Below, one piece after another: positions 25,109 through 37,574 of a stretch of DNA of 43,608 nt. A program made the translations under genes and the position numbers. The stretch is from Octopus sinensis. Its lineage: Eukaryota. Position 1 is the stretch's first letter. The number at the start of each line of letters is the position of its first letter. Location: assembly GCF_006345805.1 (NCBI RefSeq), contig NW_021835032.1, forward strand, positions 1 to 43,608, in the 5' to 3' direction. The notes under the pieces were generated by a model. It made no database searches and was not told the origin of the DNA. It worked only from the letters and a program-made list of their open reading frames with translations.

Positions 25109-25129
25109 CATTATTATTATTATTATTAT

Positions 25130-25285
25130 ATTTGTTTTTTTCCTTCTTTCTTTAAATTTTCTTCCATTTCACGCCGAGTGTTTTACGTAAACCTAGGGCA
25201 GAGGAGCTTATTGTATGCATTCCCAGATTACACACGCAAATTCATAGGTAAAATATGTATTTTACCTGTGAATTTGCGTGTGTAA
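25130..25285 (-). mobile_element. Probable R4/Dong 3' UTR fragment with a fold-back at its 5' junction
   Basis: Minus strand ends CTCGGCGTGAAATGGAAG, an A-rich stretch and then (TAA)n, like CTCGGTAGTGAAGTGAAAG at about 33148. Flanked by (TTA)n. Confidence 0.45.
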
Positions 25286-25309
25286 ATATTGTTATTATTA
25301 TTATTATTA

Positions 25310-25389
<80 letters not shown>

Positions 25390-25919
25390 TTTTTTATAAT
25401 AATAATAATTATTTTTAGTATTAATGATTAGAAATTTTGACTCAAGGGCAGCTTATCTATTTGTCATGTTACTATCGTGAATGGATTGATGTTAGTCGTT
25501 TCAGATATTTAGATCAGAAGCAAGCAAAATCGTGTGCATGTAAATGCAGAAGCTGCGATCTGTGCCTCCCTGCGTTGATATTGTAAATCCCTCTCTTTCA
25601 TTTACTGCATACCGCCCTTCTGTTCTTGAATAACAGTGTTATATGTTATCCCAGCTCTTTCTCGTAAAAATGTTTTAGGTAAAGCCTAATGTCATTTATA
25701 GCCTGCACCATCCATTCGTCATTATCGGTGAGATGGTTCATTAGCAAGGGTCCATCTTTGAATATTCTGGTTAAAATTGAATATATGTTTACATGCTTTT
25801 GAATGAACACAATTCTTGAAATTGAACAAACTTGGCAACTCTGAGAGTTTCTGTTAAACAGGAATAAGCTGTTCAAAATGTCAAAAGTTCCAAAACTTAC
25901 GTGTATGTTTTCCTTAATA

Positions 25920-27340
25920 TTGGTTCATCCTATAAATAATGTGGTGTTTTCAATTGCATGAACTAAAAGTTGGAGGGGGTGGGATAAATTACCAGCATCA
26001 ACTTGCTACTGAAGCAGGTGATAATTTCACTTGTGCTTATTCTTAGTGTTAGTTTTGAAGAGTGCATTTCGATTTTCACAGTTATTTTTTAAAAAGCTAT
26101 AATGGAAGTGACGGTAGACGGACAATTCGTCAACAGACAGATGGCTGACAATTGACTGACAGACAACTTACAGACAATACAATTGTCTGGTATGTGCAGA
26201 ATCCTGTTACCAACCACCTTCTTGAACCAGAGCCACCTGCACCAGGGCATCACAAACTTCTCCAGGCACTTCATATAGGCCTCCGTATTAAGGCGAATTT
26301 TCTATTGACGAGAAGTGACAAAGGAGCATATTCGGCATATTTTGCTTTATAAGTTCAATAATGACAACAACAAAGCGGAAAGTGCGAAGAATATTAATGC
26401 AGTATATGGTTATCGGACAATAAGCGTGAGTCAGTCTCAACGGCGGTTCAAGAAATTCCCAGCCGGAAACTACAGCCTCGAAGATGAGCCATTAGAGCTC
26501 GACGAGGACACCCTGCAAACCCTGAGAAACTAGCAGGAAAGCTTGGATTTGGTCATTCAACCATTGACGGAAACCTGCGTGCCATCAGAAAAGTCACCAA
26601 ATTGTGTCAATGGGTTCCTCACAAACCTTCCGAGTTTAATCGCTCGCAGAGAGTGAATGTTCGATTTTCTTTGTTCTCACGCTATACAAATGAAACATAT
26701 TGTACTGAAGAGTGACTGGTGACGAGAAATGCCTTCTCTATAAAAGTGTCAAGAATAGGAGAAACACCGGCACCCGAGGCTAGAGAAGGGCTTCAACCAC
26801 GTATGGTGTTGTTATCTGTTTGGTGAGATATGAAAGGCTTAGTCCATTTTGAACTTTTAAACCAAAACCAAACGATAACAAAGGAGGTCTACTGCGAGCA
26901 GGTTGAGCGGCTTAAGTCAATCTTAGAAGAACAACAGCCTTCTTTGGTTTCAAGACAAAAGGCGTTCTTCCATCAGGAAGATGCTCAGCCACATACAGTG
27001 AGGATGTCATTCCAAATACAGTTTGAATGAGAAACGATGCCCATCCATCATATTCGCCGGACATTGCCCCATCTGATTATCATTTATTTCGCAGTCTTCA
27101 AAATCATTTGGACGGAAAAGATATGAATTCTGTATACGAGGTCAGAACAGTACTGGAGAAGTATTTTTCGTCAATGACAAGGGAATTTTGGAAGAGGGGC
27201 CTTGCAAGTCTACCAGATAGATGGGAAAGCATTATAGAAAATGAAGGAGAGTACATTTTAGATTGAAAATAAACTCTGTTGATCTTAATTTTGAAAAATA
27301 AAGGAAGTCTAAAAATCCCATTATTTATGTGATGACCCAA
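25920..27340 (+). mobile_element. Full-length decayed mariner (DD34D) transposon carrying an internal insertion
   Basis: TA-flanked TIRs TTGGTTCATCCTATAAATAATG / CATTATTTATGTGATGACCCAA. Motifs MEVTKEHIRHILLY, WVPH, VTGDEK, FHQEDAQPH and HPSYSPDIAPSDYHLFRSL across several frames. Confidence 0.95.
26113..26311. mobile_element. 199-bp insertion with 8-bp TSD (GAAGTGAC) in the mariner transposase start
   Basis: GAAGTGAC at 26105-26112 and 26312-26319; removing the insert restores ATG GAA GTG ACA AAG GAG CAT (MEVTKEH). Confidence 0.85.
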
Positions 27341-28464
27341 TACATTATTCTTAACCAAGAAAACAAATTCTTGATGTAGTTCTCAAAAGCTGAATTACAG
27401 GTATAAAAATTTATAAAATCAAATCATAGTTTTAAACCGGGAGATGGGTCAAATATATTATAAAAGAAAACTTTAAAACGTGGAGAGCGGGAACAGTTAC
27501 TCAAAGTATCTGGTCTTCCATTCGAATATTTCGTCCGAAAATCTAATATTCTGGAGAATAGATGTGTCGCGTTATACACACACACACACACACACATAAG
27601 CACAGACAAACAAAACACACATATCTACACACATATACACAGACACACACATACACCCACACATACACAGGCACCCACACACACATACACAGACACACAT
27701 ACATAATCAGACATACACACATACACAGACACATATACACATACACACAGACACACAGACATACGCACAAACATACACACATACACACAAACACACACAC
27801 ACACACACATACACACATATACACACACACTCATGCGCACGCACATACTCACACAAACACACACAACTATAGCCTTGTGTGTGTGTGTAAATATCGGATC
27901 TAACAGAAATATCACATCACCACAATAACAATTGATTTTTCAAAGTTGCAACAACAACTCCAACAAAAGCAGAAATAACAAGAAAACAAGAACAGAAATA
28001 AATATAACGAATGAGCAGCAGTTGCAAAGAACGGCCATATTAATAGGTATGAGTGGTAATATTGAACTAAAGGGACTCGATGTCACTAGACACTTGACAT
28101 GTCTAATATGTTGTTAATGTCTGTGAAACGATGGGTGGTGAAACGAATATTACTCCTTACATATAACTTACACGAGAGCAGTGGGTGTGTGCGGATGTAT
28201 TTGTATGTATGAGTGTGTCTGTGAGATGTCGTAGTTGCTGTGGTCGTCGTCGTTATCATCATCGTGTTCGTCCCCCTCCTCTTCCCTCCTCTCCTTCATC
28301 CTCTTCTCCCTCCGCTTATACCTCATCTTCTTCTTCCTCCTCCTCCTCCTCTAAACCCCTCCTCCTCTAAACCCCCTCCTCCTCCTCCTCTAAACCCCCT
28401 CCTCCTCCTCTTCTTCTTCTCTTCTTCTTCTTCTTCTTCTTCTTCTTCTTCTCCTTCTTCTTCT

Positions 28465-28946
28465 AATCAGGACTCACGCCATTAGCCACAAAGATTAATC
28501 TCTAATTCGAGCCTACTCTAAGCTGCTAAGAATGCGTGCGGCAACTTCAAGAACTCCAGCCACCACACGCGATAGATTGGCGGTTGCACGGGCGCGAAAG
28601 CTACGTTGTTATCCTCATTCTGTAAACGGTGGCTTTTTAACGGGTGGCGAGCTGAACCATCCTGGGGTACAGAGGATTCGCAATCTGGACTAGAGACTGA
28701 TAGTTTACCACACCATAGAGGGTTACACCATGGTTCCTCTGCTTTGTGGCAGAAGTAGGAAGAAAGAGTGAGAGAAAGTTAGGGTGAAAGAATACAGCGG
28801 GGTTCACCACCCTCCCCCGCCGGAGCCTCGTGAAGCTTAGGTTTTTTTGCTCAATAAACACTCACAATGCCAGGTCTGAGAATCGAAACCGCGTCCTTAT
28901 GACCGCGAGTTCGCTGGCCTAACCACTAGGGCCATTGCACCTCCAC
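28465..28946 (-). mobile_element. SINE with a family B head but a different body and a (GAA)n tail
   Basis: The first about 190 nt match the heads at 8495 and 39810. The remainder is unrelated and ends GGCGTGAGTCCTGATTAGAAGAAGAA, running into the TTC/TCC tract at 28275-28464. Confidence 0.8.
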
Positions 28947-29315
28947 ATCGTTGTTGCTCATCTTGTTTGAAAAATTGAATAGGTAAGTGATCAAATGCAC
29001 ATCAGCCGTAACAGACTTGACTACTTTCTTGATGATATCCATTCGTTATCGTTTAAATTGTTAAGTTGGGACTTTGGGGAGATTCTACTGCTATTTCTAA
29101 TCCCGAAGTGAAAGATTTCATTATCAACAGCATCACAATCAAGTGAAATAGGTTGTGTTATTTTGTAGTACTGAATAAATACCGAACAAATTGCTGCAAT
29201 ACCTGTACGACGTTGTTCAACATAGGAGAACGAACAACCGATATTTCTTTAAATGTCTTACCTCGTACGTATATTCAACCAGTCCCATCCTGGCTCTAAA
29301 TAACGACAAAGTCAA

Positions 29316-30022
29316 GAGAAGAAGAAGAAGAAGAAGAAGAAGAATAAGGAGTAGAAGAAGAAGAAGAATGAGGAGGAGGAGGAGAAGAAGAAGAAGAAGA
29401 AGAAGAAGAAGAAGAAGAAGAAGAAGAAGGAGTAGAAGAATAAGAAAGAGGAGTAGAAGAAGAAGAAGGAGGAGTAGAAGAAGAAGAGGAAGAAGATGAA
29501 GATGAAGGAGATGAAGGGGAAGAGAAGGAGGAGGAAGAAGAAGAAGAAGAAGAAGAGAAGAAGAAGAAGAAGAAGAAGAAGAAGAAGAAGAAGAAGAAGA
29601 AGAAGAAGAAGAAGAGAAGAAAAGAATTGGAAGCAGAAGAGGGAGCAGAAAAGGAAGAAGGAGAAGAAGGAGGAGAAGGAGGAGGAGTAGAAGAAGGAGA
29701 AGAAGAAGAAGGAGTAGAAGAAGAAGAAGGAGGAGGAGTAGAAGAAGAAGAAGAGGAAGGAGATGATCGGAAAGGGGAGGAAGAAGAAGAAGAAGTAGGA
29801 GTAGGAGAAGAAGAAGAAGAGGAAGGCGATGAAGGGGAAAGGGGAGGAAGAAGAAGAAGAGGAAGCAGAAAAGGAAGAAGGAGAAGAAGAAGAAGAAGAG
29901 GAGGGAGGAGGAGTTGAAGAAGAAGAAGAAGGAGTAGAAGAAGAAGAGGGAGAAGATGAAGGGGAAGGGGAGGAAGAAGAAGAAGAAGAAGAAGAAGAAG
30001 AGGAAGCAGAAAAGGAAGAAGA
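29316..30022. repeat. About 700-bp polypurine (GAA/GGA)n tract
   Basis: Directly visible; almost exclusively G/A on the plus strand. Confidence 0.95.
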
Positions 30023-30951
30023 ACAACAGTAACAATAACAACAACGACCACGACGACGTCATCAACAACAACAACATCCACAACAGCAGCAGCAGCAGTG
30101 GCCTACTATCCATTATGTTACCAAAGAACTGGCATAAATCCGAAAATGTACGCCCATACTAGAACGAAGAAAATCGAACAAAGAGGAAACTAGATAGGGT
30201 CTCAAGACGACATTACGAATAAAAGACAGAAAAATGCGAAGGAAAAAATACATAAAAGAAAAAATGAGAGAATAAAATAAAAGATAAAAAAAGACTGCAA
30301 AATCGGAAATTATATTCAACAGACACTAAAAAGGAGAATATTTATTGTCCTCTACGCTGGATATTTAATTTAGATAGTTGATATTTTGTATGCAGCATCC
30401 AAGTTGAAAGGTCAAAATATGACATTTGCCAACTAACAACATCAACAACAACAACAAAATCATCGCAAACAATACGAATATCAGCAACATTGACAACAAA
30501 GCAATAAAACACATTTGGAGGAATGCAATTAAAATAAAGGTGAAGCGGAATCAAACGAGATGTTGATTATTTTGTATTCTCATTATTATTTATTATTCCA
30601 TTTAATTTTTCCTAATTGTTTTGTATATTTTTGGTTGTTATAGTATTAATTTTCTTATTCGATAATGCAATTTAATTTAAATAAAAAGTATATAGCCTGT
30701 CTTTGTTTATTATTTTTTTAAATATGTTTAAAAAAAAATTTATTTTAATTTCTTCCTTCTAATTTGTCAGTTGAAATACTTCCTTACTTAAAAAAGTTTC
30801 TATCTGGAAATATCGCTACAATATCTTTCGTCTAATTATTCCGAATTGTATGCGATACCTTATTTCTCTCGCTTTATCTCCTTCGTTGTCTCCGTCCGTC
30901 TCTCTCTCTGTCTCTCTCCATTTCTCTTTCTCTCTCTCTCTCTCTCTTTAT

Positions 30952-31010
<59 letters not shown>

Positions 31011-31023
31011 ATGTGTATATATG

Positions 31024-31059
<36 letters not shown>

Positions 31060-32245
31060 ATATATATATATGTATATTATATATATATAGTAATATATAT
31101 ATACATATATATAGATTTAATTAAATGTATATGTATTTATACGAATATATGTGTATATATATATATATACTATACAACATATGAATACTATAAATATGTA
31201 TATATGTATATATATACACGTACAGATAAATATATAACGTATATATATATATATATCTATATATATAATGTGTGTGTGTGGTGAATTTGTATTTTAATAT
31301 AAAATTAGTTTTACATGGAAACCTGTGATTAGGATCGTTGATATGAAGTTTTCTCTTAAGAACCATCAGTTTTTTGTCACACTTAATATTTTTGTTTTGC
31401 TCCTTTCTTTTCCTTGTATTTTCTCTTTATTCCATTTGAATGTCATCATTTTAAAATGGCTGCTATAGTAATTTAGGCTAAATGCATTTTTGTGAATAAA
31501 ACCTTTTTACTTGTATTGTTCTTTATATATTGCCTCCTTTATATTTTCTACTACATGTTAAGCATATCAAATATTGATTGATCTTGACATGCCTCTCTAT
31601 TTAGCATATAGGATGACAACGGATTGTAGCCTCGAGTGCTGTTCTTGTATTTGTGTTATTTATTCGTTCTTGTTTCATTATTCTTAAATTTAGTTCTTAT
31701 AAATTTTGGCAACATGCTTCAAGTTTTCTTTTCTGCAGGAAAGACATATAGAATGTGTAATTGCGACATAAGTTCTTGGAGGCAATGAATGTAGATTTTC
31801 AGTTGCCAATAAAAATTATTTGAAATGACATGAATTGGTTTCTCTTCAATAGCTATCAGATAGCTTCAGGCAGAGATTGAACAACCCCTTTACAATGAGA
31901 GTGTTATGTAAGGAAGTATATTTTATAAGAATATTAATATGTACATGATTTATAGCTTTAAATGAATTAACAAGAAATTGGCTCTTTTTATGATTAGCTT
32001 ATATTCAGATTTTGCTTACGAATTTTATAATCGATTGAAAATATCCCAATATGTAACTGATACGTCAGCCTGGAAATGAAGCATTCTTTACAAGGTTTCT
32101 AAGGACTTTAAAACAGTTAATTTAACTTATGTAGCCTTTATGTTAAGTTACGTTTCAAATAGTTCGGAAAATCTGCACCTGACCATCAAAATACGTATAT
32201 AATATATTATATATATATAATATATATATTATATATATATAATAT

Positions 32246-32290
<45 letters not shown>

Positions 32291-32327
32291 CACATATATA
32301 TATATATGTATATGGATGTATATGTAT

Positions 32328-32396
32328 AATAATAATAATACTAATAATAATAATATTAATAATAATAATAATACTAATAATAAATAATAATAATAT

Positions 32397-32432
<36 letters not shown>

Positions 32433-32458
32433 TTAATAATAATAATATACTAATAATA

Positions 32459-32511
<53 letters not shown>
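32328..32511. repeat. (TAA)n array (further arrays at 33191-33300, 33841-33908; (TTA)n at 24413-24518, 25077-25128, 25291-25386, 34201-34280)
   Basis: Directly visible. Confidence 0.95.
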
Positions 32512-32514
<3 letters not shown>

Positions 32515-33190
32515 GAAATATTACAAGTAACTGCAGAATATGTGGAGATGGACAAGAAACAATAAATCATATTATCTCTAGCTGCTCAGTCTTGGCTAAG
32601 AAGGAATATATTCACAGACATGACAGAGTTGGAACCTACATACATTGGAAGCTATGCCAACATTATGGAATACACAACAGAAAAAGATGGTATAGGCACA
32701 CACCAGAAAATGTCACAGAAAACGAGAAAGCAACCATACTCTGGGATTGCCGATACACACAGATAGAGAAATTAAGGCCAAAAGACCAGATATAATGTCA
32801 GAGATCATGAAGAAAAAAATGCTTTCTAATTGATGTATCAATACCGGCAGATGACAACGTGTCTCTAAAAGAAATGGAGAAACTCTCAAAATACAAAGAC
32901 CTGGAAATAGAGGTAACTAGAATGTGGAACTGAAAACAGAAACAATTCCTATCATAGTAGGTGCATTAGGCATGATAAAAAATATTCAGACGAATACATA
33001 ACAAAACACCAGGACTTACAAACACATATAACATACAGAAAATTGCACTACTAGGCACTGGCACCATTCTACGCAGAACACTTTCCATACAATAACCATC
33101 GAGCATCACAACAAATCACAGCACATACCCAGGCACACAGAGCTGCGCTCGGTAGTGAAGTGAAAGCACGCTATAAAAATAAAACTACTG
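32512..33190 (+). mobile_element. 5'-truncated R4/Dong-clade non-LTR element (CCHC knuckle plus restriction-like endonuclease)
   Basis: CRICGDGQETINHIISSC (CCHC), EYIHRHD, TILWD, HTDREIKAKRPDI, FLIDVSIP, KLSKYKDLEIE, IPIIVGALG with frameshifts; flanked by (TAA)n. Confidence 0.92.
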
Positions 33191-33247
33191 AATAATAATA
33201 ATAAATAATAATAATAATAATAATAATAAGAATAATAATAATAATAC

Positions 33248-33285
<38 letters not shown>

Positions 33286-33300
33286 TATAATAATAATAAT

Positions 33301-33839
33301 CTCACTCCTCGGGAACCTCGCCATTCAAACTGACGGAAAGATAGATGCAAATAAGCCAGTCATTATATTGACAGATTTCAGACTAAAATCATGACTCCTC
33401 ATTGACATGACTATTCCAATCGTTATAAACGTATCTGTCAACACCTACCAAAAACTGAGCAAGCATAAAAATCTTGAAATAGAAATTAGCAAAATGTGGA
33501 AACTGAAGACTAAAATATTACCTGTTGTCATAGGTGCCCTAGGAATGATAGCAAAAGGGGCTGATTGCTACCTAGCTCATATACCAGGAAACCCCAAAAT
33601 GGCAGAAATTCAAAAGATAGTGCTCATGGGAACTGCCCATATACGCAAAATACTCAAATTTGAAAACATAGTTTTCTTATGCTTTGTCAAACCTTCTCTA
33701 GAACTACACTATGTACAAAAGCAAACATATGGTACCCTCGGCATAACACCAACATGGACTTCTAACTTGTTTGTCTCTTGAGGTCTGTGGGTGAGACTTA
33801 GAGCCAACTTGTACAAATGTAAAGAAAATGTCCAACAAA

Positions 33840-33840
<1 letters not shown>
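33301..33840 (+). mobile_element. Second, divergent 5'-truncated R4/Dong-clade element
   Basis: AIQTDGKIDANKP, IDMTIP, QKLSKHKNLEIEISKMWKLKTKILPVVIGALGMI, IQKIVLMGTAHI; different 3' UTR; flanked by (TAA)n. Confidence 0.9.
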
Positions 33841-33871
<31 letters not shown>

Positions 33872-33872
33872 T

Positions 33873-33908
<36 letters not shown>

Positions 33909-33947
33909 CCACTGATGAGATTATAAGTATTTTAATGGGTCACTCGT

Positions 33948-34167
33948 GCATTTCCACCCGTCACATAATTCTTACGACCTTAGTCCGTGTTCTTGCGATG
34001 ATTACCGTTCCGACCGTAATGTCCATGAACGTCAGGGACTATATCACCTGAAAAAATGAACGCATGGACTAAGATCCACCAGATGTCCTTACATATTACG
34101 GATTGTACTTTAACCGTCGCAGAAAAACGGACTATGGTCGTAAGAAATGAATGATTTGCGGAAATGC
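33948..34167. mobile_element. Degenerate MITE-like fold-back (about 57-bp imperfect inverted repeats)
   Basis: GCATTTCC..TTCTTACGACCTTAGTCCGTGTTCTTGCGATGATTA versus the reverse complement of the right end GCATTTCC..TTCTTACGACCATAGTCCGTTTTTCTGCGACGGTTA. Confidence 0.65.
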
Positions 34168-34198
34168 GAGAAGCGATGCGTTAAAATATATATAAATG

Positions 34199-34266
<68 letters not shown>

Positions 34267-34282
34267 GTTATTATTATAATTA

Positions 34283-34457
34283 GGCGTAGGAGTGGCTGTG
34301 AGGTAAGTAGCTTGCTTAAGAACCACATGGTTCCGGGTTCAGTCCCACTGCGTGACACCTTGGGCAAGTGTCTTCTACAATAGCCTCGGGCAGACCAAAG
34401 CCTTGTGAGTAGATTTGGTAGACGGAAACTGAAAGAAGCCCGTCGTATATATGTATA

Positions 34458-34489
<32 letters not shown>

Positions 34490-34676
34490 GCGAATGTTTC
34501 TGTATATGTTTGTCCCCAACATCGCTTGACAACCGATGCTGGTGTGTTTACATCCCCGTTTCGGCAAAAGGGACCGATAGAATAAGGACTAGGCTTACAA
34601 AGAATAAGTCCTGGGGTCGATTTGCTCGACTAAAGGCGGTGCTCCAGCATGGCCACAGTCAAATGACTGAAATAAA
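34283..34676 (+). mobile_element. SINE family A, full length
   Basis: Head GGCGTAGGAGTGGCTGTGAGG..GGGTTCAGTCCC, internal (TA)n, tail CAGTCAAATGACTGAAA. Confidence 0.92.
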
Positions 34677-34693
34677 TACAAAAAAATTATTAT

Positions 34694-34915
34694 TACTCTT
34701 TTACTTGTTTTAGTCATTTGAATGCGGCCATGCTTGAGCACCGCCTTTGGTCAGGCAAATCGACCCCAGGACTTATTCTTTGTAAGCCTAGTAGTTATTC
34801 TATCGGTCCCTTTTCCGGAATCGCTAAGTTACGGGGACGTAAATACCCCAGGATTGGTTTTCAAGTGATGTCGGGGGTGCAAATACACACACACAAATAC
34901 ACATACACACACACA

Positions 34916-34956
<41 letters not shown>

Positions 34957-35105
34957 GACGGGCTTCCTTTAGTTTCCGTCTACCAAATCTACTCACAAGG
35001 ACTTGATCGGCCCCGGGTTATAATAGAAGAGTGTTATTCAAGGTGCCACGCAGTGACCCGGAACCATGTGGTTAGTAAGCAAGTTACTTACCACACAGTC
35101 GCTCC
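34694..35105 (-). mobile_element. SINE family A, full length, tail-to-tail with the previous copy
   Basis: Collinear with 2836-3281 and 19862-20282. Confidence 0.9.
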
Positions 35106-35115
35106 ATATATATAT

Positions 35116-35667
35116 ATTAATTAGCACCCTTGATTTGCTCACCATGAAGCATGGTGGGGGTGGTCTGATGGTGTGAGGGGCGTTCAACTACAGTGGTGTT
35201 GGGCGGCTCTATGCCGTCGAAGGCAACATCAACGCAGCAAAGTACGTTGAGATAGTACGGGATACCTCTTTGGTGGCGAGGAGTACGTGCTGCCAGTCAC
35301 TTGACCTGAACCCTATGAGAAACTCTGGAGTCGATTGGGTAGGGTTTGAAGGGCAGCAATACAGGAACCGACACGAGCTGTTTGGGGCACTTCTTGCTGC
35401 ATTGAGGGGCCATCCCTGCACAGTACCTGCAGGCACTCATAGACAGCATGCCGACCCGCGTAGCAGCTGTCATTGCTGCCAAAGAGGAGCAACAAGATAT
35501 TGACTAAATTTCAAGATTACGATTAATCACAATTATGTGGTGTGCTGGGATATGTTTTAATAAATTTTGATTAAAAACGAGTTCATTTCTGATAATAGTT
35601 AATTAAATTAAGAAAATGTAAGAAATGTAGAAATTTGAGAAGTGCTAATTAATTTCCGACGAAAGTG
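35116..35667 (+). mobile_element. Internally deleted Tc1-like transposon
   Basis: TMKHGGGGLMV*GAFNYSGVGRLYAVEGNINAAKYVEI, SLDLNPM and LIDSMPTRVAAVIAAK, with C-terminal GATRY*. Right TIR GTGCTAATTAATTTCCGACGAAAGTG-TA; partial left TIR ATTAATTAGCAC. Confidence 0.88.
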
Positions 35668-35729
35668 TATGTATGTATATATATGTATATATATGTATGT
35701 ATACATGTGTGTATATATATGGTGTTTAC

Positions 35730-35789
<60 letters not shown>

Positions 35790-36726
35790 GTGTATAATAA
35801 TGTATATATATGTACATATATATATATGTATACACGCACACACAAACACACACATATATACTCTGGAATTCTTTACTCGAGATCAATATCCCCAACCCGC
35901 ACTTCAAGCGCTATCTGCTACAAGGATGGTATTTCGTATTCGTCGATGAGATGCGGAAAATGTCCATGGAAACTGTAAGTATCTTAAGAGTAGAGTTCCC
36001 CTGTTCACCCCAGAATACCTTAAGATTATCCAACTGATCTGTTCTAAGGGAGACAACGCATCTTTAATAAAACGTCAATGACGTTTTATTCTTTGTGTAC
36101 AAATTTACTGAGTTGTTATATGCAGTCTGCCATTAGGGTATATCGAGTTGTCAAGCTTATGATCTCGATAGATGCGAAATAATTGGTCATTCTATGACCG
36201 GACATAGACTTAACTACATGTAAAAATATTACTGCTCTATACTTTAGAATGTGCTTCTTTTTCGAATATATGATACACTGAGGATATATACACATATATA
36301 CATATACATATATACATAGAAATTTGAAATGAATTATTTGAGAGAAACGCATATCGTTCTGTTCTTTTCTTTGTAAAACTTTGTGAACGACACGCGCGAA
36401 AACGGATATTTCATTTTCTCGCATTAAGTCTTTTCTTCTTTCATTTCTACTTCTCGTGGTAATATGGCTACAAACATCAGAAACTCCCTACAATCAAAGT
36501 CATGTAATTGAGTTGCCGTTTAAGCAATATACCAAAATAATACTCTTACGTAGTACTTTTAATTAATATATTTAATTAATGATTTTAAAAGCAATTAGCG
36601 TGTAAGCAAGTGTTCAATAAGTGGGATGACGCATATATACGTACATATGTACTCACACACACACACACAAACCACATTCATACGCACACTCATGTATACA
36701 CAGAACTGTATATTTACCTAAAAATA

Positions 36727-36974
36727 TTGGGATGGTGCATAATTATTGCGGCTTTGTAAAAAAAAAAAAATTTAAAAAAAGCAATAACAATATTTAACAA
36801 AAACATTTTTTAATGACGGTCTTAGCGTCTGACAATCAAATGGGAAGCAATAATTGAAGTAGATAGTGAATATGCTCCAAAATAATCATTTAAAGATGTT
36901 TTGTTATATGTTGTTATTGATTTTTTTAAGTAAAATTTGTTGAAAAAAGCTGCAATAATTATGCACCAACCCAA
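36727..36974. mobile_element. Mariner-type MITE (248 bp)
   Basis: TA-flanked TIRs TTGGGATGGTGCATAATTATTGCGGCTTT / AAAGCTGCAATAATTATGCACCAACCCAA; imperfect inverted symmetry continues inward to about 90 bp. Confidence 0.9.
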
Positions 36975-37439
36975 TATATACATACATGTATATATAGACA
37001 CATATGCTTATCTACATATCCACGTATTTCGATAGGTATACACACATACTAAAATATATATGAACAATACTTATTAAACGTTTCGGAAACCAATATTTTA
37101 TTCTGAACTAGAATGGAATTGAAGGTGGCTAGTATTTGCATAAAATATAATCAGCGGTTGGCACAACAGACATTAACAGACCATTTCATATATAAAGGAC
37201 ATTGGTGCCTTAAGTCAAAATTCTCATCTTTTTTTCAATCAAACTAGATCACTCTGTATGTTTGATTTGAATTTCCCGTTCCTGTAAAGTTGCGTATTAT
37301 ACGCAAGAGATCATGTAATTTTGAGTTCGTATGGAGTTGTCTCACACAAGAATCATAAAAACTTCGGCAAATCCGTCGCATACTTTCTGTCGGGGTTGAC
37401 AAATAAATATTTATGCTAATAACACCAGTGCGAGTAACT

Positions 37440-37508
37440 CACACTCCACTGTTTGTTGTCTTCACAACCCGCCTTCGCCTTTTGTTTTTTTTTGTGAATT
37501 CTCCCCCA
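37440..37508 (+). mobile_element. Short Penelope-like terminal repeat end
   Basis: TGTTTGTT..CCGCCTTCGCCTTTTGTTTTTTTTTGTGAATTCTCCCC followed by a TA tract, similar to 40875-40938. Confidence 0.5.
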
Positions 37509-37536
37509 TCTATGTATATTATATATATATATATAT

Positions 37537-37572
<36 letters not shown>

Positions 37573-37574
<2 letters not shown>

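Noticed and set aside
29191-30162. Poly-R, poly-E, poly-L and poly-S ORFs, including a Glu-rich 96-aa ORF
   Set aside because: Open in several frames on both strands because GAA/GGA repeats lack stops; no supporting exon context. A low-complexity exon cannot be fully excluded without RNA data.
33912-33920. CTGATGAG hammerhead-like word
   Set aside because: No appropriately placed GAAA or complementary stems nearby.
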